Origin: Carcharhinus amblyrhynchos
Lineage: Eukaryota
Direction: 5' to 3'
NCBI GenBank assembly: GCA_965287045.1
Contig: OZ336885.1
Span: forward strand, 65,162,001 to 65,226,000
Length of the DNA stretch: 64,000 bases
Position numbers and translations under genes: made by a program. Below, piece after piece: positions 63,265 to 64,000 of this stretch (positions within the stretch are counted from its first letter, which is position 1; each line of letters starts with the position of its first letter). The notes under the pieces were generated by a model, which was not told the origin of the DNA, made no database searches, and was given only the letters and a program-made list of their open reading frames with translations.

Positions 63265-64000
63265 AACATAAGACCATAACACATAGGAGCAAATTAGGTT
63301 ACTCCGCCCATTATATCTGTTCCGCCATTCAGTCATGACTGACATTTTGTTTTTCTCTCACTCCCACTCTTATGCATTTTCCCCAAAACCCATGATCCAC
63401 TTATTAATTAAGATCCTATCTATCTTTGTCTTAAAACACTCATTAATCTGGCCTCTAAAACCTTCTGCGGCAGAGTTTCACAATTTCATCAATTTCCAGC
63501 TGAAGAAATTCCTCCTCAAATCTGTCATAAAGATCGTCCTTTAGCCTGAGACTATTCCACCTGGTTCTAGTTTTTCCCATAAGTGGAAACATCCTCTCCA
63601 CATCCGCTGTATCCAGGCTTCGCGGAATCCTATGAGTTTTAATAAGATCCACCATCATTCCTCTAACTTCCAACTAGTGCAGACCTAGCGCACTCAACCT
63701 TTCTTCATAAGGGATACTTCATTCCAGTGAAAATTCTTTTGAACCCCCTCTGGAAGTTTTCCAAGGCCAGCACACGCAATCTCAGATACGGGGTCCAAAA
63801 CTACTAACAATACTCCAAATGTGGTCTTACCAGAGCGTTTTACAGCCTGGTGAGTACGCCCCTGCTCTTGTATTCTAGCCTTCCTGGAATGAATGAAGAC
63901 ATTGCATTTGCCTTCCGATCTGATATCTGAACCTAACGTTAACCTGACGAGAGTGTTGCACAAGGTCTCACAAGTTCCTATGCGTCTCTGATTTTCCCCA
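63265..64000 (-). mobile_element. Older CR1 3' fragment running off the window end
   Basis: Reverse tail aacataagaccataacacataggagc; ORF DLIKTHRIPRSLDTADVERMFPLMGKTRTR. Confidence 0.88.

Noticed and set aside
1-64000. CRISPR arrays, operons, rRNA or true tRNA genes
   Set aside because: This is eukaryotic repeat-rich DNA with no repeat-spacer array; the A/B boxes belong to SINE heads.

Overview
This is AT-rich vertebrate genomic DNA, most likely from a shark or other cartilaginous fish, inferred from HE1/V-SINE-type SINEs, many CR1-type LINEs and Penelope-derived repeats. There is one assembly gap (38601-38763). Much of the window is transposon debris: a young CR1 family with a (TTCTTATG)n tail, older CR1 copies, a decayed Gypsy protease-RT-RNaseH, an 849-bp solo LTR, a 5.5-kb decayed PIF/Harbinger element, and Penelope-derived hairpin elements with target-site duplications and hammerhead-like cores. 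Most short ORFs in the track are noise or TE fragments. The main non-TE signal is a run of 12-13 very short minus-strand candidate exons (seven of exactly 21 nt, the rest 24, 30 or 33 nt) between about 8.2 and 49.9 kb. They have GT/AG ends, often strong polypyrimidine tracts, and read open when joined in phase 1. This may be an unannotated micro-exon gene; I could not identify the product. A ~460-bp inverted repeat lies in one of its putative introns. All calls were made by eye with no searches, and many TE boundaries are approximate.
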